Shown: positions 6,536-15,856, counted from the first letter of the stretch. The stretch is DNA of 32,000 nt from Candidatus Scalindua sp. (GCA_031316235.1 JALDRA010000001.1:1320001-1352000), one strand, 5' to 3'. The notes: a model not told the origin generated them from the letters alone. Numbers and translations are program-made.

Positions 6536-9520
6536 CTAACCGTCCGATACGTTACCTGCTTTTTTACTGAGTTTATATTCACTGATTTCATGGCCATATA
6601 AATTTACATACTCTGCCTCTTTTACCGGAACGAATTCTAACATGAAAATGCGTCCCCCGATTGTCTCTTCCATTCGCCTGATTTTATTTGAAACCAGCAC
6701 TTTCTTCGTAATATTTTTCCAGTGGGTTGAAATCTTATCATTAAGACTGCATTTCCAGCACTCCAGGAAATACCGCCCCGCATTATTTGTAAAGAGTATC
6801 GTACCGTCTCGTGCGATTCTCAACACAGGGTTTGGATTTTCGTTTGGAAAGGTTCCTAAACTCCTTGCAATTTCACCTGTCTTCACAAGGGTTGTAATAT
6901 CAACAAACGTAATAACCACGCCATCTATGATATTTTCTACCGTTCTGTATGGCAAAATACGCATATTATACCAGTGCTGGTCCTGAGTTTTTATGTTTTT
7001 CTCCTTCTGTATCAGCGTTCTCAGCACCTCCTGCGTATCGTTATAAAGAGTTTCATTTTCAAATTTAGTGTTAATATCACTGATTGGACGATTTATATCT
7101 GTCGGCCTGAAACTGAACAAAGAGGTTGCAGAGGGAGTAAATCGAACAACGTTGAGCCTCGTATCCAGAAAGATGGTGGCTATCTCTGTGCTTGCAAGGA
7201 GGTTATTGAGATCGTTGTTGGCGCGTGACAATTCGTTTACTTTGTTCTGGAGTTCTGAATTTACGGTCTCCAGCTCCTCGTTGGTTGATTGCTGCTCCTC
7301 CTTGGAGGTCTCCAGCTCCTCGTTCGTGGACTGCAGTTCCTCGTTCGTGGACTGCAACTCCTCATTGGTTGATTTAAGCTCCTCGTTAGCGGTCTCCAGC
7401 TCTTCAACGGCAGCCTGCAGATACTCTCTGGTCGATTGTAATTCCTGTTGCAGGGTAGTTATTTTCATATCTTCCTTTTTCGTTTTAGAAGAAGATATTT
7501 TTCCCTGGACAATTTTTTCCTGCGCTGATTTTTCCTCAAATATTACGATCATTAAGCCCTCTGTGTCATCAGCCGCAGCAAGTGGCCTGACAGTCAGGTC
7601 AATAGTCAGAAAAGTGTCATTGTACTTTATCTTCAGTCCGCAAGCAGTGACCGTTTCTCTTTTCCTGGCTATTTTGTGAAGAAGCGTAATGAGTTTGTAT
7701 CGCAGGTCATCATGTGCCATCTTTATGATATTAAAGCTGGGGACACCCACCGGTGTTAATAAATACTTGTATACCTGGCCATTGACATAGAGGACGTCAT
7801 GTTTTGTATTGATCACCACAAACGGAGGGGCGTATGCATTAATAACCTCCCTCTCTGCCTGCTGGTAAATATTAGTGCCTATGAGCATCCTGTTTCCATC
7901 CTGCTGCTCAAGGTCAATGCCTGTTCCTATCTTCTCGATTGAAATGGCAGGGAACCTCCCGGGACTTTCAATAAATGCTCCTTTTCGTTTATAAATTTTC
8001 CATTTGGAATTAACTACTGAAAAAATATCGGAAAATTCTCCTATGGTTTCAGAAGTACCGAGGAACAGATATCCATCCCTGTTGAGGGTATAATTGAAGA
8101 CAGGAAGTATTTCCTTCTGCAGATTCGTATCCATGTATATCAAGACATTCCTGCACGAGACCAGGTCCAGTCTTGAGAAGGGAGGGTCTTTAATGAGACT
8201 GTGGACAGCAAAAACCACCATTTCCCGGATCTGTTTTTTTATTTTATAGCCACCTTCTTCTTTTATAAAAAAATGATTTAATCTCTCCTCAGACACGTCT
8301 GCCGCAATACTATCAGGATAGATCCCCGCGCGGGCAAACTCTATAGCGTCGCTATCTATATCCGCGCCAAATAACTGTACACTGCAATTCCTTCCCATCT
8401 CAACTTTAAGCTCTGCAATGAGCATCGCTATCGAGTAAGCCTCTTCACCGGTAGCACAACCGGGGACCCATATACGGAGATTACACGTGGAGCTCCCGTT
8501 TTTCAAAAGAGAAGTGAGTACCTTTTCTTTAAGGATCTCAAAGGCGTCAGGATCTCTGAAAAAACTTGTAACTCCTATGAGCATGTCTTTGTACAGGGCT
8601 TCTACTTCACCAGGTTTTTCCCGGAGATACGTGAGATAATCTGATACCTTCTCAATCTGATGAACGGCCATTCGTCTCTCAATCCTTCTCCTAGTAGTAT
8701 TCTGTTTATAGTTGGAAAAATCATGACCTGTTTTTGCCCGGATCTGTAAAAGTATCTTTGTTATCGTATTCTGGTATGTTTGTTCTGAGGTACCAACTGC
8801 ATCCGGTTTTTCAATATAAGGATGTTTACTATATTTTATCAGTTCTCCTCCCATTTTTTCCACAGGCAGGATAAAATCAACAAGTCCGGTATTTATGGCA
8901 TTTCTTGGCATGCTGTCATATTTTGCCTGCTTTTCTGACTGTACCATGGTCATCCCGCCGGCACCTTTGATTGCCTTGAGACCAAGGGTACCATCTGTTC
9001 CGGTACCGGAGAGGACAATGCAGACTGCTTTCTCACCCTGATCTTCGGAAAGTGAGCGGAAAAAGAAATCAATGGGCAATCTGGCAGCATGAGTTTCAAG
9101 GGGGGTTATTAACTGAAAAGTGCGGTTCATAACAGCAACATCACTGTCAGGCGGATTCATATATACGGTGTCCGGCTCAATCTTCATTCCGTCTTTTATT
9201 TCCACTATCCTCATCTTCGTATATTTTGAAAGAAGAGAGCCCATAATGCTTTTATAGCTAGGGGCAAGGTGCTGGATAATCACAACGGCAAGGTTACTGT
9301 GAGCAGGCAGGTTGACAATGAACCCCTCAATGGCCTCAAGTCCTCCGGCAGAAGCACCTATCCCTACAACAGGGAAGTTCTTTTCCCTGTCACAGGCGCT
9401 CCCTGACGCCTTTCTTCCTGTCTTGACCCCGCTATTAACAGGCGAGGCGGTTTTTTTCTTGAGAGTACTCACCTTTTTTTCAGAACTCCTTTTCGTTTCT
9501 CTCTTTTTTTTATCGGCCAT
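6536..9520 (-). CDS. CheB methylesterase - CheR methyltransferase fusion with a coiled coil and two PAS-like domains (no kinase domain)
   Basis: - CheB-type VVGIGASAGGLEAIEGF.
- CheR SAM-binding RIWVPGCATGEEAYSIAMLI.
- The family-typical repeat EELQSTNEELQSTNEELETSKEE.
- PAS_10-type ...MRILPYRTVENIIDGVVITFVDIT, then a second PAS-like ENPNPVLRIARDGTILFTNNA.
- I start the gene at the ATG at 9520 (MADKKKRE), which has GAGGA 8 nt upstream. The ORF-track extension to 9736 has no support. Confidence 0.9.
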   Translation of the reverse strand: MADKKKRETKRSSEKKVSTLKKKTASPVNSGVKTGRKASGSACDREKNFPVVGIGASAGGLEAIEGFIVNLPAHSNLAVVIIQHLAPSYKSIMGSLLSKYTKMRIVEIKDGMKIEPDTVYMNPPDSDVAVMNRTFQLITPLETHAARLPIDFFFRSLSEDQGEKAVCIVLSGTGTDGTLGLKAIKGAGGMTMVQSEKQAKYDSMPRNAINTGLVDFILPVEKMGGELIKYSKHPYIEKPDAVGTSEQTYQNTITKILLQIRAKTGHDFSNYKQNTTRRRIERRMAVHQIEKVSDYLTYLREKPGEVEALYKDMLIGVTSFFRDPDAFEILKEKVLTSLLKNGSSTCNLRIWVPGCATGEEAYSIAMLIAELKVEMGRNCSVQLFGADIDSDAIEFARAGIYPDSIAADVSEERLNHFFIKEEGGYKIKKQIREMVVFAVHSLIKDPPFSRLDLVSCRNVLIYMDTNLQKEILPVFNYTLNRDGYLFLGTSETIGEFSDIFSVVNSKWKIYKRKGAFIESPGRFPAISIEKIGTGIDLEQQDGNRMLIGTNIYQQAEREVINAYAPPFVVINTKHDVLYVNGQVYKYLLTPVGVPSFNIIKMAHDDLRYKLITLLHKIARKRETVTACGLKIKYNDTFLTIDLTVRPLAAADDTEGLMIVIFEEKSAQEKIVQGKISSSKTKKEDMKITTLQQELQSTREYLQAAVEELETANEELKSTNEELQSTNEELQSTNEELETSKEEQQSTNEELETVNSELQNKVNELSRANNDLNNLLASTEIATIFLDTRLNVVRFTPSATSLFSFRPTDINRPISDINTKFENETLYNDTQEVLRTLIQKEKNIKTQDQHWYNMRILPYRTVENIIDGVVITFVDITTLVKTGEIARSLGTFPNENPNPVLRIARDGTILFTNNAGRYFLECWKCSLNDKISTHWKNITKKVLVSNKIRRMEETIGGRIFMLEFVPVKEAEYVNLYGHEISEYKLSKKAGNVSDG

Positions 9521-9913
9521 TTCGTTTCCTCTGTTTTTATGATGGCAAATGGTTAAAAAGCAACTACGGTATACGTAAAATCTCTGTAAGGCTTTTACCG
9601 TCGGAGAATAATTGAAATAAGAAAAAAATACAAGGGTAAAAACAGCAAAGTAACAGGTGTGTTTTTCCGGATTTGCTGCCCACAGAAAACAGAGTATTAA
9701 TGTCATCACCATGTTCCGGGAATAAAACGATAACAATGCCCTGATTATTCATGAAAAAGGAACACGAGCGTTTCATCTGTTGTGTCGGTATGAATGTTCA
9801 GTAAATATTTTATTTATTTAAGAAGGCCGTTTATGCAGGATTTTATCTCAATCAGGCAGAGCCCTTGAGCAAGCAAGGAGGATCACGCTGAGTACGTGCT
9901 ATAGAAGTGTCAT

Positions 9914-11476
9914 TTATTGAGTTTTTACCATTATTTTCCCACGGAGAATGCCGTATTGTTCTATCTTCATATTCAGGCTTGCACGGCTTATTCCGAGGTT
10001 TCTTGAAGTTATGGTTTTATTCCATTTTGCCTTGAGCAGTGTATGCTCGATGATTTCCCTTTCGACATATTTGAGAATGCCCTTTAGTTTTGTCCCCTTT
10101 CCATTCGCTTTAATAACTGGTTCGGAACAGGTGTTTATCCTTAACTGTTTTCTGAGAAGATCTGCATTGATAGTCCTTTCCTGAGCTGACATGATAACCA
10201 GCCGTTCAACAATGTTCTTCAGTTCCCGTACATTCCCCGGCCAATCATAAGCTACAAGCATTTTGAAGACATCCTGATCGATATCCTTTATTTCACCATT
10301 CTGTCCTTTTGTGTGGGAATCTAAAAAATGAAAGGCCAGTGGTATGATATCCTCTTTCCTGTTTCTCAGAGAAGGGGCAAAGAGAGGTACGGTATTCAGT
10401 CTATAGAACAGGTCTTTTCGGAACAGGCCTTGTCCGACCATCTCATCGAGTTTTCTATTTGTTGCAGCGATAATTCGGACATCGGTTTTTAATACCCTGG
10501 TACCTCCCACCCGGGAAAATGTTCCATGTTCCAGAATACGCAGGAGCTTGGCCTGGTTTTCCAAACTCATATCTCCGATTTCATCCAGGAATAAGGTTCC
10601 CCCGTCTGCAATCTGGAACAGCCCGTCTTTCTCCGCTACGGCACCGGTAAAGGATCCTTTTTCATGGCCGAATAACTCGGATGTCAGGAGTGCATCATTA
10701 AATGCAGAGCAATTCTGGATGATAAAGACCTTATCTTTACGGGGACTATTGTAATGTATGGCAGCCGCAAGCAACTCTTTTCCGGTACCGGTTTCTCCCT
10801 GGATCAAAACTGTTTTTTCTGTTTTTTCTATAAGTTCCAGCATTCTGAAAACCTTTTTCATTGCCGGGCTCACACCAATTAAATCCTTATACTTTTCTGA
10901 ATAGATCTTGTCCAGAAGAGATGCCCGTTTTTCCCTCATGATTTTCTGTTCCTGAAGCATCTCATAATAAATTATTACGTCCCTGGCTATCAGTTCAACA
11001 AAATCAATCACATCCTCTTGAGAGTGACCATTTGAACTTTTCAGACCCTCAAAATACTGTTCAGCCACTGTTACATCTAAACCAGCCTTTGACAGCTCTG
11101 TTAATTGAGCCCGATGATCCAGACCGTTGATTTTTGACAGCTTCATCCCTGTACCAATAATGGAACCAACATATTTCCCACTATTAACTATGACTGGAAC
11201 AACTATACAGTACAGACCTGCGTAACATTCGCAGCTGAAAGGTTTATGAGGTGTGTTACCCGGCTTGAGATATCTCTTTACAAATTCACGACAGTTCCGG
11301 ACACCTTCCTTTGACGTGTGTATGAAGTTGCAGAAAGGATTTGAAAAGTCTGAACACTCACCGACACGGTTACCAGACTCATCATAAATCTGAATATCCA
11401 TTCCCCACAACTTGCAGCAAACCTGCTTAAATATCCTGATCACGTTTGATTCCAAGATTTTATTCCAGAAAATCAT
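9914..11476 (-). CDS. Sigma-54-dependent transcriptional activator with a PocR-like N-terminal sensor domain
   Basis: - Walker A GETGTGKE.
- GAFTGA-type loop GSFTGA, then DGGTLFLDEIGDM.
- WPGNVRELKN.
- C-terminal Fis-type HTH (NKTITSRNLGISRASL).
- Cys-rich N-terminal segment FCNFIH...C-EF...CECYAGLYCIVVPV typical of PocR domains.
- ATG at 11476. The track's 11485 start is a TTG. Confidence 0.9.
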   Translation of the reverse strand: MIFWNKILESNVIRIFKQVCCKLWGMDIQIYDESGNRVGECSDFSNPFCNFIHTSKEGVRNCREFVKRYLKPGNTPHKPFSCECYAGLYCIVVPVIVNSGKYVGSIIGTGMKLSKINGLDHRAQLTELSKAGLDVTVAEQYFEGLKSSNGHSQEDVIDFVELIARDVIIYYEMLQEQKIMREKRASLLDKIYSEKYKDLIGVSPAMKKVFRMLELIEKTEKTVLIQGETGTGKELLAAAIHYNSPRKDKVFIIQNCSAFNDALLTSELFGHEKGSFTGAVAEKDGLFQIADGGTLFLDEIGDMSLENQAKLLRILEHGTFSRVGGTRVLKTDVRIIAATNRKLDEMVGQGLFRKDLFYRLNTVPLFAPSLRNRKEDIIPLAFHFLDSHTKGQNGEIKDIDQDVFKMLVAYDWPGNVRELKNIVERLVIMSAQERTINADLLRKQLRINTCSEPVIKANGKGTKLKGILKYVEREIIEHTLLKAKWNKTITSRNLGISRASLNMKIEQYGILRGKIMVKTQ

Positions 11477-11675
11477 AGGCTTCAATATATGGTGATTAAA
11501 GGCAAACTGCCCGGATATAAACTACTCTGTTTTATCAGTCATAACGTTCTTATATACCTGAGGATTAACAAGTCATTACCGCCATGCAGCAGCCAGGCAC
11601 TCCTGGCTCGACCTCGGATCATTCGTTCAGGCACCGATTGACCAGCTTACTCTCGTTTTTTTACCCCTCATTCAG

Positions 11676-11819
11676 GTAATATACTAAAACCTATTTGGTT
11701 TTCAGTTTTACCGGAAACCAAATCTTGGTTAATGGTATCCCCGGACAAAAAGCGCCGAGGGCTTTACTCGCTCAATTGTATCTCGGATTTTATCCGAAAT
11801 CCAGTATGAGATGAGTATC
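11676..11819 (-). repeat. Family-A element, copy A2 (full length with middle module)
   Basis: The reverse complement aligns end to end with A1 and also ends in AGTATATTAC. It begins 7 nt after the cytochrome c stop codon, sense-oriented to that gene. Confidence 0.85.
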
Positions 11820-11825
11820 TGTTCT

Positions 11826-12164
11826 CTACTTCTCTCCAAATGCCCTTACAACGGAAACCAGGGACTTAATCTCAGCTACGGTAAGTTTCTCCTTAAAGGG
11901 GAACATCTTTTCTTCGGTTCCATTTGTAATTTGTTCAATAATCTGCTCATCGGTAATCGAATCCTGAAACTCTTTGTCCGTAAAGTCCCGAGCCCCTAGC
12001 CCTTCTCCTAAATCAGTTTTTCCTTTCCCGTCTTCACCATGGCACGTTATACAGTGATTTTTGTATAATGTCTGTGCGTCAATTTCATCTGCCGTTATTT
12101 CCGGTACTGCGAAATATCCGATGGCAGCCTGTAAGACGATGACAACTATTACCCTCTGAAGCAT
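11826..12164 (-). CDS. Monohaem class I c-type cytochrome (112 aa, secreted)
   Basis: - Haem motif CITCHG.
- Distal Met context EEKMFPF.
- Hydrophobic N-terminal signal.
- AGGAGG 8 nt upstream of the ATG at 12164. Confidence 0.85.
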   Translation of the reverse strand: MLQRVIVVIVLQAAIGYFAVPEITADEIDAQTLYKNHCITCHGEDGKGKTDLGEGLGARDFTDKEFQDSITDEQIIEQITNGTEEKMFPFKEKLTVAEIKSLVSVVRAFGEK

Positions 12165-12265
12165 GTCAGTTTCCTCCTATTTCTCTATCGTATCGGTTAC
12201 GTTATTAAAACTGCGTTTAGTCGCTTTGCCAGCGTTCCTCAGTTCACACTCCATTGAAAACTGTT

Positions 12266-12628
12266 TTATTTATGACTGAGTGCCATGCGGACACTCTTTA
12301 ATAAGGTTTCCCGTTCTATAGGTTTTGATAGATAGTCGTAAGCACCCAAACGTTTGGCTTCAGACTCACCCTTGATATCGGGAGCCCCGGTGTGCAGGAT
12401 TACCGGACAGATGGGATCTCTTTTTCTTACCTCTTTCAAGACATCGATCCCTGTTTTCTCTCCCATATTGATGTCGGAAAGCACTAAATCGAAATCAGTC
12501 CCGGACATCTTTCCCATTGCATCGTCGTAGCTGCAGGCCGTAGATACATCGTAACCCTCACGGGAAAGAAGTATTTTAAGGGAAGTCAAAATAACCTCCA
12601 TATCATCAACGATAAGTATTTTGTCCAT
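12266..12628 (-). CDS. Single-domain response regulator (CheY-like receiver)
   Basis: - ILIVDD acidic pocket.
- Phospho-acceptor context LVLSDINMG.
- Conserved T (ILHTG) and K (YLSKP).
- ATG at 12628. The track start at 12631 is a TTG one codon upstream. Confidence 0.9.
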   Translation of the reverse strand: MDKILIVDDMEVILTSLKILLSREGYDVSTACSYDDAMGKMSGTDFDLVLSDINMGEKTGIDVLKEVRKRDPICPVILHTGAPDIKGESEAKRLGAYDYLSKPIERETLLKSVRMALSHK

Positions 12629-12914
12629 CAATCTAACTCTCTTCCATTACCTTCAAGTGTCACTGGGGTCTCAGTAAGACCATCAGCAAATCCTTTAAGA
12701 ATTAAAAAGGGCATACTTCATTTCCGTAAAAATCTCTCTTGAATCGAACCACAGGAAAGAAAAAACCGCATATCCATACACTGCTGCGTTCATCCGCAGT
12801 TACTGAGTTATGGTAACTTCCTGAAAGGCTTTATAATCAGCGCTCCTTTCATCTTATTATTTCCCTGCCAACCCACAATCTCAAATAGTACCAGTATTAC
12901 AGATGAAGCAGATA

Positions 12915-13074
12915 GTATACTAAAACCGATTTGGTTTACGGTTTTCCCGTCTGAACGGCAGGGCAGGCTGGAAACCAAATCCTGGTGAGGTATCCCCGGA
13001 CAAGGCGCCGAGGGCTTTACCCGGGTAAAATAGTTTTTGGATTTTACCCGAAAACTCTTACGAGATGAGTATAC
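12915..13074 (-). repeat. Family-A element, copy A3 (variant subfamily with an enlarged right hairpin and a different left hairpin)
   Basis: It has the same termini and middle module. The right hairpin arms GATTTGGTTT/AAACCAAATC enclose an extra inner hairpin (CCGT-TCAG-ACGG). The left arm forms a new 10-bp stem, CGGGTAAAAT/ATTTTACCCG. Confidence 0.8.
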
Positions 13075-13095
13075 AAAAACAGAAGTATATGCATA

Positions 13096-13110
13096 ACAAA
13101 ACATATGCCA
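13096..13110 (-). promoter_or_regulatory. Candidate -24/-12 (sigma-54-type) promoter P_X, reading towards the receiver and cytochrome c genes
   Basis: - The minus strand reads TGGCAT-ATGTT-TTGT, matching the TGGCAC-N5-TTGC consensus with exact GG-N10 spacing but GT rather than GC at -12.
- The surrounding 20-mer (13092-13111) is 18/20 identical to 16619-16638. Confidence 0.45.
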
Positions 13111-13442
13111 AAAAATGAGATCTGGTTCAGTTTATACCCACTCTGAGGAAAAGAACGTATTATAACCTTGAATCGAAGGGGGGAGCTGTTCGCATTCGAC
13201 GGGATATCAGCTGATGGTCATTATGGAATACAGAGGACGTATGTAATTTTTTAACTCCTGCCTGATTTACCGGTTAAGGAGGAGAAGGTATTCTGCAGCC
13301 AGTTTGATTAAGCGGAAAGAGAAGAGTCCAATGCAGGTTTTCGTGATGGGGTAAGACCCGTACCGAAAGCAGGAGGTGACAGATACAGTATGTTACTATT
13401 TTTTCTGGTTTTTCACCATAGCTGTTTCACAAATTGAAAGAA

Positions 13443-13496
13443 AGTATAGCATGTTACACTTATGTAAGCCGTTACACATGTGCAGACCGCTACACT
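13443..13496. promoter_or_regulatory. Array X: three tandem 18-bp dyad-symmetric repeats (candidate activator UAS)
   Basis: - The units are AGTATAGCATGTTACACT, TATGTAAGCCGTTACACA and TGTGCAGACCGCTACACT.
- They keep 7/9, 6/9 and 5/9 dyad pairs.
- The array is the reverse-complement homologue of 16271-16324.
- It lies 45 bp beyond the stop of the PAS/sigma-54 activator gene. Confidence 0.5.
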
Positions 13497-13540
13497 AATG
13501 CGTCCGGCACTCGATGGGTATTGACCTGTTACCTTCTTTA

Positions 13541-15466
13541 TTATTCTTTTATACTGTGCTTTTTCATCAATTTGTAGATTGTCACACGATGAACGCCAAG
13601 CATCCGTGCTGCCTTGGCCTTGTTCCAGCCACTTTTTTCTAATGCTTTGACGATTTGATTCCGATCTTTCAGATTGGCTGTTTCTTTCGCTTGCCTGTCA
13701 CGATTCCTCACATTGTCAAAATCTGACGGCAAATTTTCTATGGTGATGCATGATTTGGTACAAGTGACAAAAGCATATTCCATTGTGTTATAGAGCTGTC
13801 TTATATTCCCCGGCCATCGGTAGTCCATAAATCTCTTTAAAACAGTTGCGCTTACCGATTCAATGTTTTTGTGTAACCGTATATTAAGTTTTTTTATAAA
13901 ATACTCTATCAGAAGCGGAATGTCTTCAGATCTGTCCCTGAGAGGAGGCATTGTAATTTCCACTACCTTTAACCGGTGATAGAGGTCTTCCCTGAATTTC
14001 CCCTGAGTAACCTTTCTTCGAAGATCCTGATTCGTGGCAGCTATTATCCTGACATCAACTTTGATGGGAACCGAGTCCCCAACACGTTCAAAGATTTTTT
14101 CCTCAAGGATTCTTAATAAACGCAATTGCATCGTGTGCGATATGTCTCCTATTTCATCCAGAAAGATAGTACCGCCGTCAGCCTTCTGAAACCTTCCAAC
14201 CCTGTCACTGACAGCACCGGTAAATGAGCCCTTAACGTGACCAAACAGTTCGCTCTCCAGGACATTTTCAGACAAAGAGGAACAGCTTACCACCACAAAA
14301 GGTTTGTTCTGCCCCCCCTTTTCATAGTAGTGCAATGCTTCGGCTACCAGCCCCTTTCCTGTACCGTTTTCACCCGTAATCAACACCGTTGTCGATGTTC
14401 CTGACAATGCCTCAATCAAAGAAAAAATCTTGTGCATGCCTCCGCTTTTGCCTACGATGTTCTGCAGCCTCTGCCGCTCCAGCAAATTATCCTCAAGGAT
14501 AGCAAGCCGGGTTTCATCTTTTACGACCAGAGTACAACCGGCAAATTGTCCCCTGGTGTCTAAAATCGGGTTTGTTGTTATACTGACCAGGCACCTGGAA
14601 CATTCAAAGCGGTCTCTGTGAGCGGGAAGCTTTGTCTTCAGTGTCTCCGTTACCGCCTGCAGACATTCACCTCCACAACTTTTTATGAGCGTTTCAAACC
14701 TTCTACCCCTGGCCTTTTTGATATCGGGTAAGCCGCAGATTCTTCTTGCTGAATCATTGAATTCTGCTATTCTCTGCTCACTATCCAGCAGAATAATGCC
14801 GTCCCTCATACTCTTAAAGATTGCATCAAGGTTTTGTTTATGATTCAGACTCTCGAGAAAAGCTGCCTTGATCTTATCCTCGGCCTGCTTTTGCCTGGTA
14901 ATGTCGGTAACCATTGCCATACATTGCCGGGAACACCTCATTTCATCATATTTAACCGTACAATCGATTCTTGCATGGAACTGGGTGCTGTCTCTCCTTA
15001 TCATAACCAAATCACATACCATGTTCTTTGTATTTTTAAACAGATGATTACGCAGCAGGTAGTATTTGTCTTGATCAGCCCTGGCAATGAATTTTGAAAA
15101 TGGTTGTGCGATCAACTGCCTTTGCTCTGTTCCCAGCATTACCGCTCCCGTCAAATTGGCCTCCTGGATCAATCCTTTTTCATTTATCGTAAAATATCCA
15201 GCCGGTGCATGGTCATACAGAAAAGTATACTTGTCTCTTGAGCTCTCCAGATCTCCCTGTGCCTTACGCAGCTCCTCATTCTGCATCTCCAGCTCAATCT
15301 GGTGCACCTGCAATTCATAAGCCAACCTGCAGGCATCCTCGTTTGACATTTTGAGGACATCCGCATTTAACAGATCCCCTTTCAGATTCGTTTTGGATTT
15401 GAGCTTTCTCTCTGCTATCTGGCGTAGTTCAGAGAATTTTTCATGGTTATATTCTTCTTTTTTCAT
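13541..15466 (-). CDS. Sigma-54-dependent transcriptional activator with an N-terminal coiled coil and two PAS domains (no receiver domain)
   Basis: - ELQVHQIELEMQNEELR motif followed by PAS-like regions.
- Walker A GENGTGKG.
- GSFTGA loop, then DGGTIFLDEIGD.
- WPGNIRQLYN.
- C-terminal HTH (NKAKAARMLGVHRVTIYK). Confidence 0.9.
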   Translation of the reverse strand: MKKEEYNHEKFSELRQIAERKLKSKTNLKGDLLNADVLKMSNEDACRLAYELQVHQIELEMQNEELRKAQGDLESSRDKYTFLYDHAPAGYFTINEKGLIQEANLTGAVMLGTEQRQLIAQPFSKFIARADQDKYYLLRNHLFKNTKNMVCDLVMIRRDSTQFHARIDCTVKYDEMRCSRQCMAMVTDITRQKQAEDKIKAAFLESLNHKQNLDAIFKSMRDGIILLDSEQRIAEFNDSARRICGLPDIKKARGRRFETLIKSCGGECLQAVTETLKTKLPAHRDRFECSRCLVSITTNPILDTRGQFAGCTLVVKDETRLAILEDNLLERQRLQNIVGKSGGMHKIFSLIEALSGTSTTVLITGENGTGKGLVAEALHYYEKGGQNKPFVVVSCSSLSENVLESELFGHVKGSFTGAVSDRVGRFQKADGGTIFLDEIGDISHTMQLRLLRILEEKIFERVGDSVPIKVDVRIIAATNQDLRRKVTQGKFREDLYHRLKVVEITMPPLRDRSEDIPLLIEYFIKKLNIRLHKNIESVSATVLKRFMDYRWPGNIRQLYNTMEYAFVTCTKSCITIENLPSDFDNVRNRDRQAKETANLKDRNQIVKALEKSGWNKAKAARMLGVHRVTIYKLMKKHSIKE

Positions 15467-15614
15467 TATATATTACAAAGAGCTGAAATTACTCGTATAG
15501 ACCAAAGGCTCACGCCGCCTTTCGATACCGCGGATCATGAGAAGCGCAGAAAACCGCTCCTGAGCAGAAAGATATAGCAGCCTCCTTTTATCCTGAAGCT
15601 AATACCGATCCACA

Positions 15615-15699
15615 TATACTCATCTCATAATAGTTTTCGGATAAAATCCGAGATAAATTTGAGCGAGTCTACCTTCACCAGGATCTGGTTTCGTATATA
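15615..15699 (+). repeat. Family-A element, copy A4 (left arm intact, right hairpin excised)
   Basis: - TATACTCATCTCATAATAGTTTTCGGATAAAATCCGAGATAAATTTGAGCGAGTCTACCTTCACCAGGATCTGGTTTCGTATATA.
- The sequence between the two GGTTT direct repeats of the full element is missing. Confidence 0.8.
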
Positions 15700-15856
15700 T
15701 TCAGGGTTAGCAGTTTTTATTATACAATGGTTGTCAATATGACAAAGTATGACAATCCGATATCTTCTTCACACTCAGCCTGGAGAGGTAAACAGCAGAT
15801 TTGATCTTTCGGTGCGGCTGAAAAAAGCGCTTTTGATCACAGGTTAAATATACTGT

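Noticed and set aside
7230-7440. Nucleotide tandem repeats (CTCCAGCTCCTCGTT..., GGACTGCA...CTCCTCGTTCGT).
   Set aside because: They are not a CRISPR array or a satellite. They encode the heptad-like EELQSTNEEL repeats typical of this CheB-CheR-PAS protein family.
7068-7679. A 203-aa plus-strand ORF rich in Ser/Leu repeats (SSSLVDC...).
   Set aside because: It is the antisense reading of the EELQSTNEEL coiled-coil repeat region of the CheB-CheR gene, and so an artefact of the repeat.
9521-9736. The N-terminal 72-codon extension of the CheB-CheR ORF given in the track.
   Set aside because: The extension is hydrophobic, low-complexity and unrelated to the family. A well-placed GAGGA + ATG at 9520 begins the Lys-rich N-terminus just ahead of the CheB domain.
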